From an uncultured Alphaproteobacteria bacterium (GTDB lineage Bacteria > Pseudomonadota > Alphaproteobacteria > UBA8366), in contig CAXGSZ010000001.1 in NCBI GenBank assembly GCA_964012455.1, positions 1-31,251 on the forward strand: DNA of 31,251 nucleotides, read 5' to 3'. Below are positions 8,772-18,265 of the stretch, piece by piece; positions within the stretch are counted from its first letter, which is position 1, and the number at the start of each line of letters is the position of its first letter. Below the pieces are notes generated by a model. That model was given only the letters and a program-made list of their open reading frames with translations. It was not told the DNA's origin and ran no database searches. The translations under genes and the position numbers were made by a program.

Positions 8772-9470
8772 TTAGACCCCGGCGTCGTCGAGCCAGGAAC
8801 CGAATGCGTTGAGTGCGAGCGGTTCCAGCACCGGGGCGGCTTCAGCTGTGGCTGCACGAAGTGTCGGTACGTCGATGCCTTCGGTTGTGGAGATTTCCAA
8901 CGTATGGCCGATCAACCATCTTTCGAGGTTGAGCGCCGTTACTTCGAGATGGAACTGCAGCGCGAGGCCGTAGTCCTCCAATGCGAAGGCCTGGTTATCG
9001 ACCAAGTTTGTCGATGCGAGAAGGGTCGCACCCGGTGGCAGATCGAAGGTATCGCCATGCCAATGGAGGACGTCAGCCGCACCCACATGGCCGAGTGGCG
9101 AGAACTTTCCGGTGTTTGTAAACGTAAGGGGCTTCCAGCCGATTTCCTTTTTGGGTCCTGGATAGACACGTGATCCGAGAGCTGCGGCCATGATTTGCGC
9201 CCCTAAGCATATACCGAGGGTGGGTTTGCGCGCCGCAAGGCGACGGCGTACGAATGCGATTTCCTCTTTTAGAAAGGGATAGGCTTCTGTCTCATATACC
9301 CCGATGGGGCCACCTAGAACCACGACGAGCTGATCCGCCATGGGATCGACGTCGTGGAGCGGTCTCACACCGGCATCGAGATAACGGACGTCGTGTCCGC
9401 GCTCGCCGAGTAAATCTTCAAGTAAATCGAGATGCTCGAAACCGACATGGCGAATGGCGAGGGTGCGCAT
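8772..9470 (-). CDS. Class I glutamine amidotransferase (stand-alone, GMP-synthase-GATase-like)
   Basis: Start moved to ATG 9470 (232 aa); RHVGFE, VLGGP, catalytic LGICLGAQ, WHGDTFDLP, QFHLE completing a Cys-His-Glu triad. Confidence 0.88.
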   Translation of the reverse strand: MRTLAIRHVGFEHLDLLEDLLGERGHDVRYLDAGVRPLHDVDPMADQLVVVLGGPIGVYETEAYPFLKEEIAFVRRRLAARKPTLGICLGAQIMAAALGSRVYPGPKKEIGWKPLTFTNTGKFSPLGHVGAADVLHWHGDTFDLPPGATLLASTNLVDNQAFALEDYGLALQFHLEVTALNLERWLIGHTLEISTTEGIDVPTLRAATAEAAPVLEPLALNAFGSWLDDAGV

Positions 9471-10177
9471 CAGAACAAATCCATTTGGGTGGGTGGCAGT
9501 TTCTGTGCGGGCCCATCCACTTCCGATCGCTTTAATAATTCCGGACCTTCGTTTTGGACCTTGTTTACAATCGTTGAGACCGGCCAAGCTTCCATTTCGC
9601 CCCTGAACGATACCATCAACGGGTCCAACGCTCGCGTCTCCCCGGTAAGCCATGTCTGGTAGTCAGCTGGAGGCAAAATAACCGGCATTCGGTGATGAAT
9701 AGGGAGCAATTGATCGTTGGCGTTGGTTGTAACAATTGCGCAGGTCTCGAATTCATCTCCGTCGGCGCCCTCCCAACGCTCCCAGATGCCGGCAAACGCA
9801 AACGGCTCTCCGTGCTCCAGGCAGATGTAGAAGGGCTGCTTTACGCCCTCCCCTATCGATTTCCATTCGTAGAAGCCATTGGCGGGGATGAGGCACCGGC
9901 GCCGTTTAAACGCCGCTCGAAACGTTGGCTTTTCGCCAATCGTCTCGCCCCGCGCATTAATCATGCGATTGAACGAAGAGGGGTCTTTCGCCCAAGACGG
10001 TATGATTCCCCAACTGAACCCGGCAAGTTCCCGTTCGCCGCGTTGGGACAGTCTCACTGCGGGCACGTCTTGTCCTGGTGCGACATTATAGCGAGCTGCG
10101 AGATTGGGTTGAGCGTCAAAGCTGAACAATTCGCGCATGCTGTCGATTGGCATGGTTAAGGTGTAGCGACCGCACAT
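9470..10177 (-). CDS. SRAP/HMCES (YedK-like) abasic-site DNA-protein crosslinking protein
   Basis: Start moved to ATG 10177 so the protein begins MCGRY (catalytic Cys2), 235 aa. Motifs RYNVAP, WG, NARGET, RRCLIPANGFYEW, FAGIW and IHHRMPVIL. Confidence 0.93.
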   Translation of the reverse strand: MCGRYTLTMPIDSMRELFSFDAQPNLAARYNVAPGQDVPAVRLSQRGERELAGFSWGIIPSWAKDPSSFNRMINARGETIGEKPTFRAAFKRRRCLIPANGFYEWKSIGEGVKQPFYICLEHGEPFAFAGIWERWEGADGDEFETCAIVTTNANDQLLPIHHRMPVILPPADYQTWLTGETRALDPLMVSFRGEMEAWPVSTIVNKVQNEGPELLKRSEVDGPAQKLPPTQMDLF

Positions 10178-10296
10178 GCGTCGCATAATGCCGATAGATG
10201 GTAGGTTGCCGCAATCTGATTCGGGCCCGCATCCGGTATCTCCTTGTCATTCCCTGGGCGGAGCACAGAATGGATAAAAATGTCAGAGGTCCATTC

Positions 10297-11808
10297 ATGA
10301 AGATTCACGAATTAAGAGTATGGCCATCCACCGAGCGACACCCGCGCGAAGATGAGTTAGCGTGGCAACTCGCAGAGCTTGCGACCGACCCGGTGCCCGT
10401 CGATGCCGACGTCGTCGAGATGCTGGCCAACCGGATCATTGACAACGCATCGGTAGCCATCGCTTCGCTCGAAAGGCCGCCTGTGGCGCATGCACGTCAG
10501 CAGGCTTTAGCGCATTTGCGGGACGGCGGTGCGACACTCTACGGATTGCCACCGGCCTGCCGGGTATCGGCGGAATGGGCGTCCTGGGCGAACGGTACGG
10601 CCGTCCGCGAACTGGATTATCATGATACATACCTTGCGGAGGAGTACTCCCATCCCGGTGACAATATCCTGCCGCTCCTCGCGGTGGCTCAGCAGATGAG
10701 GTGTACAGGACGTAATCTCGTGCGCGGGATGGCAGCGGCATACGAAATCCATATTGACCTCGTGAAGGCGGTCTCTCTCCACAAACACAAGATTGATCAT
10801 GTCGCGCACCTGGGGCCCGCGGCGGCGGCGGGTATTGGCACGATGCTGGGCCTTTCAAAGGATGTCATCTATCAGGCGATCAACCACGCGCTGCACGTTA
10901 CAACCGCTACCCGTCAGTCCCGCAAGGGGCAGATTTCGAGCTGGAAGGCTTATGCGCCGGGTCATGCGACAAAACTTGCCGTTGAAGCTGTTGATCGCGC
11001 AATGCGCGGCGAAACTGCGCCTGCGCCTATCTACGAAGGAGAGGATGGTGTCGTTGCCTGGTTGCTTGATGGTAAGGAAGCACATTACAGAATTCCCCTG
11101 CCCGAGGCGGGTGAGTCGAAACGCGCCATCCTCGAGAGTTTTACAAAAGAGCATTCGGCGGAGTATCAGGCGCAAGCATTGATCGACCTCGCGCGTCGTA
11201 TGCGCCAGAAAATTGGCAATACACGCACGATTGAGCGCATTCTCATTCATACGAGCCATCACACGCATGCCGTCATCGGCAGCGGCGCGAACGATCCTCA
11301 GAAATATGACCCGGACGCGACCCGGGAAACACTTGATCATTCGATGCCCTATATCTTTGCCGTGGCGCTTGAAGATGGCAGATGGCACCACGTCGACTCA
11401 TACACGTCAGAGCGCACTCATCGGCCCGAAACGGTTTCTCTCTGGCGCAAGATTGAGACACGGGAGGACCCGGAGTGGGAGGCGCGATACCACGATGCCG
11501 ATCCGAATAAGAGGGCGTTTGGAGGGCGCGTTGAGATCACGTTGTCGGACGGAGAGACATTGGTCGACCAGATCACAGTTGCAGATGCACATCCGGCTGG
11601 TGCACGGCCATTCGCCCGGGAGAACTACGTCGCAAAGTTCCAAGTCTTGGCGGAATACGCGGTCGGTGATTCGGAGCGGGCGCGGTTCATCGATACAGCG
11701 GGGAAGGTTGCTGACCTGGCGCCGGACGACCTTGCGGGATTGATGCCAGTCGCGGATAGACTTTCCCTCGCAACTGAACCGGATGGCCGTGGGATATTTG
11801 ATGCCTGA
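10297..11808 (+). CDS. prpD: MmgE/PrpD family protein, likely 2-methylcitrate dehydratase
   Basis: Start moved to ATG 10297 (503 aa); [60 protein letters not shown]. Confidence 0.82.
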   Translation: MKIHELRVWPSTERHPREDELAWQLAELATDPVPVDADVVEMLANRIIDNASVAIASLERPPVAHARQQALAHLRDGGATLYGLPPACRVSAEWASWANGTAVRELDYHDTYLAEEYSHPGDNILPLLAVAQQMRCTGRNLVRGMAAAYEIHIDLVKAVSLHKHKIDHVAHLGPAAAAGIGTMLGLSKDVIYQAINHALHVTTATRQSRKGQISSWKAYAPGHATKLAVEAVDRAMRGETAPAPIYEGEDGVVAWLLDGKEAHYRIPLPEAGESKRAILESFTKEHSAEYQAQALIDLARRMRQKIGNTRTIERILIHTSHHTHAVIGSGANDPQKYDPDATRETLDHSMPYIFAVALEDGRWHHVDSYTSERTHRPETVSLWRKIETREDPEWEARYHDADPNKRAFGGRVEITLSDGETLVDQITVADAHPAGARPFARENYVAKFQVLAEYAVGDSERARFIDTAGKVADLAPDDLAGLMPVADRLSLATEPDGRGIFDA

Positions 11809-11814
11809 GGATCA

Positions 11815-12813
11815 ATGACCATGGCGAACATTCCAATTACGGTGGCGACCAACGATTACGACCGGACGCGGGCTATCAAAGATGGCGCCATCGCGGTCGA
11901 TGGTTGCGATGTTACTTACCTCAATATGTTGCCCGAAGAGATGTTCTTCCGCGCGGTACGCTACGCGGAATTCGATGTGACGGAACTATCATTTTCGACC
12001 CACATTCTGCAGACGCAACGCGGCGATTCACAGTATCTCGGAATTCCGGTGTTTCTCTCCCGCGTTTTTCGCCACTCTGGATTTTACATCCGTACCGATC
12101 GCGGGATTGAGAGCGGAGCAGACCTTAAAGGCAAGATTGTCGGTGTGCCAGAATATCAGATGACGGCGGCGGTCTGGCAACGTGGACTGCTAAAGGATGA
12201 GTTCGGCATCGAGCCTTGGGAGATCACTTGGCGAACGGGCGGATTGGAAGAAACAGGACGAGAGGAACGGACCCCGATTGTGCTACCGAAGAAGTTCGAT
12301 TGCCAAAGGATCGCTCCGAATCAGACATTGTCGGGAATGCTCGAGGATGGAGAGTTGGATGCGGTGATCTCGCCGCCGATGCCGTCTTGTTTGCAGCGCG
12401 GCGCACCTAAGGTCTGCCGGCTATGGCCCGACTATCGCGCAATCGAGCAGGATTATTATAGACGCACCGGAATCTTCCCCATTATGCATATACTCGGTGT
12501 CAAGAAGACGCTGGTCTCCGAATATCCATGGCTCCCCGCCAATCTCTACAAGGCATTCTCGATGGCCAAGAAGTGCGCGATCCAGGACCTCGAAGTTATC
12601 GGTGCGCTGAAAGTGTCCCTTCCGTGGGTCGGCGCGGAGTTGGCTGAAACGCGCGATCTGATGGGGTCTGACGTGTGGCCCTACGGCGTTGCCGAGAATC
12701 GACCAGATATTGAAGCGTTGATCCGTTACTCCGTGGAGCAGGGACTGACGGAGCCCGGACTGACACCCGAAGATCTATTTGCCGAGACAACCTTGCAAAC
12801 GGCACGCAGTTAA
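11815..12813 (+). CDS. 4,5-dihydroxyphthalate decarboxylase-like protein (type 2 periplasmic-binding fold, no signal peptide)
   Basis: 332 aa (alternative start 11821); DYDRTRA, PEEMFFRA, EFDVTELS, FRHS, GVPEYQMTA, TGIFPIMH, WPYGV..NR. Confidence 0.75.
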   Translation: MTMANIPITVATNDYDRTRAIKDGAIAVDGCDVTYLNMLPEEMFFRAVRYAEFDVTELSFSTHILQTQRGDSQYLGIPVFLSRVFRHSGFYIRTDRGIESGADLKGKIVGVPEYQMTAAVWQRGLLKDEFGIEPWEITWRTGGLEETGREERTPIVLPKKFDCQRIAPNQTLSGMLEDGELDAVISPPMPSCLQRGAPKVCRLWPDYRAIEQDYYRRTGIFPIMHILGVKKTLVSEYPWLPANLYKAFSMAKKCAIQDLEVIGALKVSLPWVGAELAETRDLMGSDVWPYGVAENRPDIEALIRYSVEQGLTEPGLTPEDLFAETTLQTARS

Positions 12814-12849
12814 ACTGCTATGGTGCAATAATCAGGAGCGGAGAACGAG

Positions 12850-13335
12850 ATGGAACTTACGACAAAAACAGCGGAAATCGCCAAGATATTGATTGAGCGT
12901 GGCGAGACTGTCGCGGTTGGCGAGAGTTCCGCGGGTGGCTTGGTATCCGCCTCGCTACTCGCAGTCCCGGGAGCATCAAAATACTTCATGGGCGGAGGCG
13001 TGATCTATACGCATCGCGCGCGAAAAAGGTTGGCGCAAATCGATTTCGACGATCATCCAGATGTTCGATCTTCGAGTGAGCCGTATGCAAGTCTCCTTGC
13101 GGAAAGCATGCGTGGCCGGTTGAGTGCGACCTGGGGCCTCGCTGAAACAGGGGCGGCGGGACCAACGGGCAATAGATACGGTGACGCTTCGGGGCATACC
13201 TGTGTCGCAGTTGCCGGCCCGATTACAGATGTACGGACCCTTGAGACGGCCTCATCCGATCGCGAGGCAAATATGTGGGCGTTTACCGATGAAGCGCTCG
13301 ACATCTTCCTCGAGTGCTTGAACCGGGCACCATAG
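12850..13335 (+). CDS. CinA C-terminal/PncC-family protein (non-canonical)
   Basis: 161 aa; GESSAGGL (for AESxTGG), VPGASKYF, ETGAAGP; usual YSNEAK and GAVS segments are altered. Confidence 0.8.
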   Translation: MELTTKTAEIAKILIERGETVAVGESSAGGLVSASLLAVPGASKYFMGGGVIYTHRARKRLAQIDFDDHPDVRSSSEPYASLLAESMRGRLSATWGLAETGAAGPTGNRYGDASGHTCVAVAGPITDVRTLETASSDREANMWAFTDEALDIFLECLNRAP

Positions 13336-13440
13336 TTTTGTGGCGCGGGCAACATCGATACTGATTTCACTGATGGGCTCGTCGCAACCAGGGTCACTAA
13401 AAGGTCCGTCCAGACTTCGGCGCTGAACAAGATACAAGCG

Positions 13441-13466
13441 ACAAAGAACTAGCGAGACGCGCTAGG
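13441..13466 (-). terminator. Candidate intrinsic terminator for the acyl-CoA dehydrogenase pair
   Basis: Minus strand: CTAGCG-CGTCT-CGCTAG (6-bp stem, 13449-13465) followed by TTCTTTGT, 16 nt after the stop at 13482. Confidence 0.45.
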
Positions 13467-13481
13467 CGTCACCGCGATCGC

Positions 13482-14615
13482 TCACGTCATCGCGGCAAAG
13501 CGCTTTGTGTGGTAATCCTGATCACCGAAGGTGAGGTCGATCATTGTCAGACGCTTGAAGTAATGGCCGACTTTCATTTCATCGGTCATTCCCATGCCGC
13601 CGTGCATCTGGATGGAGTTTTGGCCGACGAACCGCGCGCTCTTACCGATCTGTGCTTTTGCTGCGGCGACAGAGCGGGCGCGTTCTTCGGCATCGTCGCT
13701 GTCCATCATGGCGGTTGCGACGTAAGCCATTGAACGGGCTTCCTCGCAGTTGATCAAGATGTCGACCATACGATGCTGTAAAACCTGGAACTTGCCGATT
13801 GGCTGTCCGAACTGCTCGCGTGTCTTGATATACTCGTTGGTTTCTTCCTTAAGGACATCCATGCACCCAACAGCTTCCGCGCAGAGCGCCGCGACGGCGA
13901 ACTCTGCGACCCTTTCGATAACTGAATATCCATTATCAGCTCCACCAAGAACGCCCGAGGCATCGACAAAGACATTTTCAAAGGCAATTTCGGAGGCGCG
14001 CAACGCATCATTTGTCACGTAATCCCGCCGGCTGACGCCAGCCGCGTCCGAATCAACAATGAACAAGGTGATGCCCTTAGTATCGCGGGTGGCGCCTGAC
14101 GTGCGGGCAGCCACGATGATTTTGTCCGCAGCAGCGGCGCCGAATACGACGCCCTTGGCGCCGTTGATCATATATCCGCCGCCCGATTTTTCAGCCTTGG
14201 TCTCAACGTCGTTCAGGTCGAAGCGGGCTTGCCGTTCCGCATATGCAAAGCAAAGCTTCAAATTACCCTCGGCGAGTTTTGGCAGGAGGTCTTCCTTTTG
14301 CGCGTCGTTGCCCGCTTGCTGAATGAGATTTGCACCGAGCACGACAGTCGCAAAAAACGGCTCCAACACCAATCCGCGCCCGAAGCCTTCCATAATGACC
14401 ATGGTTTCCGTGGCGCCACCGCCAATGCCACCGAATTCTTCCGGTAAGGCAACGGCCAACCAGCCGAGTTCGGCCATTTGTTTCCAGTTTTCGTCGGTGA
14501 AGCCTTCGCTTGTCGCTGCCGTCTTGCGGCGCGTTTCAAACTCATAGTTTTCGCGAACGAATCGATCGACGCTATCCTTCAGTAATTGTTGTTCTTCGGT
14601 AAGCGAAAAGTCCAT
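13482..14615 (-). CDS. Acyl-CoA dehydrogenase, PimD-like small subunit
   Basis: 377 aa; REQFGQPIGKFQVLQHR, QMHGGMGMT, WxxMAELGWL; directly downstream of a PimC-like gene. Confidence 0.85.
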   Translation of the reverse strand: MDFSLTEEQQLLKDSVDRFVRENYEFETRRKTAATSEGFTDENWKQMAELGWLAVALPEEFGGIGGGATETMVIMEGFGRGLVLEPFFATVVLGANLIQQAGNDAQKEDLLPKLAEGNLKLCFAYAERQARFDLNDVETKAEKSGGGYMINGAKGVVFGAAAADKIIVAARTSGATRDTKGITLFIVDSDAAGVSRRDYVTNDALRASEIAFENVFVDASGVLGGADNGYSVIERVAEFAVAALCAEAVGCMDVLKEETNEYIKTREQFGQPIGKFQVLQHRMVDILINCEEARSMAYVATAMMDSDDAEERARSVAAAKAQIGKSARFVGQNSIQMHGGMGMTDEMKVGHYFKRLTMIDLTFGDQDYHTKRFAAMT

Positions 14616-14656
14616 GTTTTCAGCCCTGTATCAGACAGTTGTGCTCTTTGTTTTCA

Positions 14657-15853
14657 TCATAACCCAAGCACCATCTTGGCCATGATGTTCTTTTGAATTT
14701 CATTAGATCCGCCGTAGATCGATGTCTTGCGGACGTTGAAGTAGGCCGGCGACAGTCCCGCCGCGAGGTTGGGGCCAACGTGATTTTCGTTCCAGCCATA
14801 TTCCATCGATTCGGGGATGTAGGGATGGGCATACATGCCAACGGCCTTCATTGAAAGTTCCGTAAGTTCTTGTTGGATTTCGGTCCCCCGAATTTTCAGC
14901 ATGCTGACTTCTGCGCCGGGACCTTCGCCCCTGGTATCTGCCATTAGAAAACGTAATTCCGTGTACTCGAGTGCCTTCAGCTTTATCTCTAACTCAGCGA
15001 TCGATTTCCGAAAATCCGGGTCGGCGTATACCGGCTGGCCGCCCCCTTTTTCTTCCTGAGCGATGTCTTTCAGCCGCCGTAAACGGGCTTTCGAATGGCC
15101 AACCTCAGCAATGCTGGAGCGCTCATTACCCAGTAGAAACTTTGCGTACGTCCAGCCTTTGTTCTCGGCACCGACCAGGTTCTCGGCAGGCACTCGCACA
15201 TTGTCGAAAAATGTGTCGTTGATTTCAGCATCACCATCCATGGTAACAATCGGACGGAACTCGACACCGGGTGAGTTCATATCGATCAGCAGAAACGAAA
15301 TTCCTTCCTGCTGCTTGCCTTCGCTCGATGTCCGAACAAGACAGAAGATCCAGTCCGCCCATTGCGCATAAGATGTCCAAGTTTTCTGTCCGTTGACGAT
15401 GAAATGATCACCGTCGCGCACTGCTCTCGTCTGAAGCGATGCAAGGTCGGAACCTGCACTTGGCTCAGAATAGCCCTGGCACCAAAACTCTTCGCCGGAA
15501 AGAATTTTAGGCAAGAACCGGGATTTCTGCTCTTGATTGCCAAAGCTGTAGATGACGGGACCCACCATCGTCAAACCGAATGGGCTCAACGGCGGGCAGT
15601 GGGCGCGCGCCAATTCCTCGCCGAAGATATATCTGCGGACAGGGTCCCATGCGCATCCGCCGTGTTCGACCGGCCAATGCGGTGCGATCCAGCCCTTCTC
15701 ATGCAGAATGACATGCCAGCGGAAGACATCTTCCTTCTCTAGCCTGAGGCCGCGTTGGCGTTTGTCCTGCAGGTCGCGAGGCAGGTTATCCTTTATAAAG
15801 GTTCGGACTTCGTCCTGAAATACTGTGTGTTCGGTGGAGAATTGCAGGTCCAT
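14657..15853 (-). CDS. Acyl-CoA dehydrogenase, PimC-like large subunit
   Basis: 398 aa; GW.APHWP..HGG, WCQGYSEP.AGSDLASL, NGQKTWTS, KQQEGISFLL, LGNER, SIYGGSNEIQKNI. Confidence 0.88.
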   Translation of the reverse strand: MDLQFSTEHTVFQDEVRTFIKDNLPRDLQDKRQRGLRLEKEDVFRWHVILHEKGWIAPHWPVEHGGCAWDPVRRYIFGEELARAHCPPLSPFGLTMVGPVIYSFGNQEQKSRFLPKILSGEEFWCQGYSEPSAGSDLASLQTRAVRDGDHFIVNGQKTWTSYAQWADWIFCLVRTSSEGKQQEGISFLLIDMNSPGVEFRPIVTMDGDAEINDTFFDNVRVPAENLVGAENKGWTYAKFLLGNERSSIAEVGHSKARLRRLKDIAQEEKGGGQPVYADPDFRKSIAELEIKLKALEYTELRFLMADTRGEGPGAEVSMLKIRGTEIQQELTELSMKAVGMYAHPYIPESMEYGWNENHVGPNLAAGLSPAYFNVRKTSIYGGSNEIQKNIMAKMVLGL

Positions 15854-15968
15854 GGGGTTCCTTCGCGCTGGCGGAATCCGGGCGCCGAATTGCCGTCGAA
15901 CTTAATAGAGGCATATAGCATATTGAAGCGACTGGGAAAGCCCGAAGACGCCGGAGATAATAGAAGAA

Positions 15969-17144
15969 ATGGGATACGATGCACCGTTTGCGGGTCTTAA
16001 AGTGGTTGATGTCAGCCAGGGTGTATCCGGCCCCTATGCGGGAATGCTGATGGCGCAGTACGGCGCTGAAGTCATCAAGGTCGAACCGATCGATGGAGAG
16101 TGGGGCCGCTTTATTAGCCGCGATTACGACAACCATTCCGCCTTCTCGGTATCGGCTAATCTGGGTAAGCGAAGTGTCGCCCTCGACCTGAAAACCGAGG
16201 AGGGGAAAGAAGTACTCCGGAAGTTGCTGGATGGCGCCGACATTTTCATTGAAAATTTTCGACCGGGGGTTACTGAACGGTTGGGTTTTTCATACGACGA
16301 GGTGAAGAAGATTTGTCCCCGGGCGATCTATCTTTCAATTTCCGGCTTCGGCAATGGTGGGCCGCTGCGTGAGCGGCCGGCCATGGACCCGGTGCTGCAA
16401 GCATTTTGCGGCTTGATGTCGGTGAACGAGGGCAATGACGGCATTCCACACCGGATCGGTGTCGTCATCTGCGATATGGCGACTGCACTTTACGCCTTCC
16501 AGGCACTTTCGACCGCGCTCTACGCGCGGCGCGATGAAGAAAATGGGTGCCTCATTGAGACAAATCTCATGCAGGGCGCGGCTTGCCTTGGCGTCATCCG
16601 GATGATCATGGTGCACTTGGAGAAGGGGGCTTATGTCGTTGGACGTGTCCCGGCAGGTGTTCTGGAGGCAAGTGATGGGTACATCACAATTTTGATGTAT
16701 CGCGACGCCGAATTTCCAGAGCTCTGCGACCTTTTGGGCCTGCGAGAAATGGGCGCGAACCCAAAATACGCGACGAACGCGCAGCGGGTCGAACACGAGG
16801 CGGAAATCATGCCGGAGATCCTGGCGGCGTTCCGGCGGCAGACATGTGCTGAACTTTCTTCCAAACTTACGGAAGCGCGCATTCTGCACGAGCGGGTTAA
16901 CAGTTACGTTGAGTTCCTAGATCACCCACAAGTTAGAGAGACCGGCCTTGTCTCATGGATCGATCATGCGGGCGTAGGCCGGGTACCATTGCCGAACGTA
17001 CCCGGATTACCGCCGTTCGAGGCGGTCGGCGGCAAGGCGCATTCGCCGGCAATCGGTCAACACAGCCGTGAAATTCTCGGCTCGCTCGGTTACAGCATCG
17101 ACGAAATTAACGACATGACCCAACGGAAGATCACGTTAGCTTAA
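15969..17144 (+). CDS. Family III CoA-transferase (CaiB/BaiF)
   Basis: 391 aa; GPYAGMLMAQYGAEVIKVE, NLGKRSVALDLK, ENFRPG, conserved Asp in ICDMATA. Confidence 0.9.
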   Translation: MGYDAPFAGLKVVDVSQGVSGPYAGMLMAQYGAEVIKVEPIDGEWGRFISRDYDNHSAFSVSANLGKRSVALDLKTEEGKEVLRKLLDGADIFIENFRPGVTERLGFSYDEVKKICPRAIYLSISGFGNGGPLRERPAMDPVLQAFCGLMSVNEGNDGIPHRIGVVICDMATALYAFQALSTALYARRDEENGCLIETNLMQGAACLGVIRMIMVHLEKGAYVVGRVPAGVLEASDGYITILMYRDAEFPELCDLLGLREMGANPKYATNAQRVEHEAEIMPEILAAFRRQTCAELSSKLTEARILHERVNSYVEFLDHPQVRETGLVSWIDHAGVGRVPLPNVPGLPPFEAVGGKAHSPAIGQHSREILGSLGYSIDEINDMTQRKITLA

Positions 17145-17154
17145 TAGTTTCATC

Positions 17155-18261
17155 CTACCGCCGACGCGTCGTTAAGTTGTTGTCACAGATCGTTTTCAAT
17201 TCGAACCACTCTGCGTCCGAGAGAGCTGGCTTTCCTCCGTCGTCGTTCTGGTTACGTGAACTAGCTATTCGTTCTGCGAAGCTTGGATGTGTGCTTAGCC
17301 ACGATGACATCGGGCCGAGTGCGTCCTTTTTGTCACCGCCATAGGCGGATTGCATGCGGACAAAGAATGATGTTAGGCCTCGTGTCGAGTAGCCAGCTTT
17401 AATCAAGCTTTCGCGGGCTATTTTGTCGGCCTCGCGTTCGTCATCGCGGGAATGCGACAGGAAGAGTAGGAGGCTGGTACCCTCCAATAACGCTTCCACG
17501 ACGGCGGCGTCGCCCCCGACCATCAATTCGAACAAGATGCTAATGCCGAAAATATGGATGAGTCGTGAAATCGGATGCCGCTCTGCAATATGCGCCATCT
17601 CGTGCGCCAAGACGCCGGCAAACTCATCCGGTGATTCCATCTCGGCTATCAATTTCTGGCCGATGACGATGAAGCCGCCCGGCGCGGCGAACGCATTCTT
17701 GAGTTCCATCCGGGCAACGTTAACCGATACTGGATAAGGCAGGTCCATGACCCGGCTAAGGGATCGGGTCAGCTTTGCGAGGCTTTCTTTCCCGCTTTCA
17801 CTATTGCAGAAGCGGTTTGCGCCCGGAATCGATTCGACGACGGTCACGCCAATTTTCTTCTCCCATTCTACCGGGACCAAGTCCGCGATTGGGCGGGTCA
17901 ACAATGGGAACGTGAAATAAAAGATTGCCGCGACGATCGCCGTCGCGCAGATCACGCCAAATGCGTGAAGCCAGATGAAACTGTCATCGGAGCGTTTTCG
18001 AGACGCCCTCAGAAGATCGGGTTCTATCCGCGAAACTAGACTGTGGTCCTCGATGATCAGCGCGGTGTCGGAAGCTGACGCGACCCTCAATCGCATCGAT
18101 GACTTGTGTTTGTCTTCGTATACGGCGCAAACGTCAGCGAGCGGCCATGTCGCGAGCCTTTCGCCGCGCTCCGCCTGAATGGTCAGTTCCATTCCCACGA
18201 GACTGACGTGTACTGCATGCTTCTTGGCGGATTTCCCGTCGAAATATGCGCCGTTCGCCAT
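17155..18261 (-). CDS. M48-family zinc metallopeptidase with N-terminal YFDG domain and one TM helix
   Basis: Start moved to ATG 18261, 4 nt after the upstream stop (368 aa). Motifs NAFAAPGG, HEXXH (HEMAH), SRDDEREAD and THP...RI. Confidence 0.88.
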   Translation of the reverse strand: MANGAYFDGKSAKKHAVHVSLVGMELTIQAERGERLATWPLADVCAVYEDKHKSSMRLRVASASDTALIIEDHSLVSRIEPDLLRASRKRSDDSFIWLHAFGVICATAIVAAIFYFTFPLLTRPIADLVPVEWEKKIGVTVVESIPGANRFCNSESGKESLAKLTRSLSRVMDLPYPVSVNVARMELKNAFAAPGGFIVIGQKLIAEMESPDEFAGVLAHEMAHIAERHPISRLIHIFGISILFELMVGGDAAVVEALLEGTSLLLFLSHSRDDEREADKIARESLIKAGYSTRGLTSFFVRMQSAYGGDKKDALGPMSSWLSTHPSFAERIASSRNQNDDGGKPALSDAEWFELKTICDNNLTTRRR

Positions 18262-18265
18262 CGGT

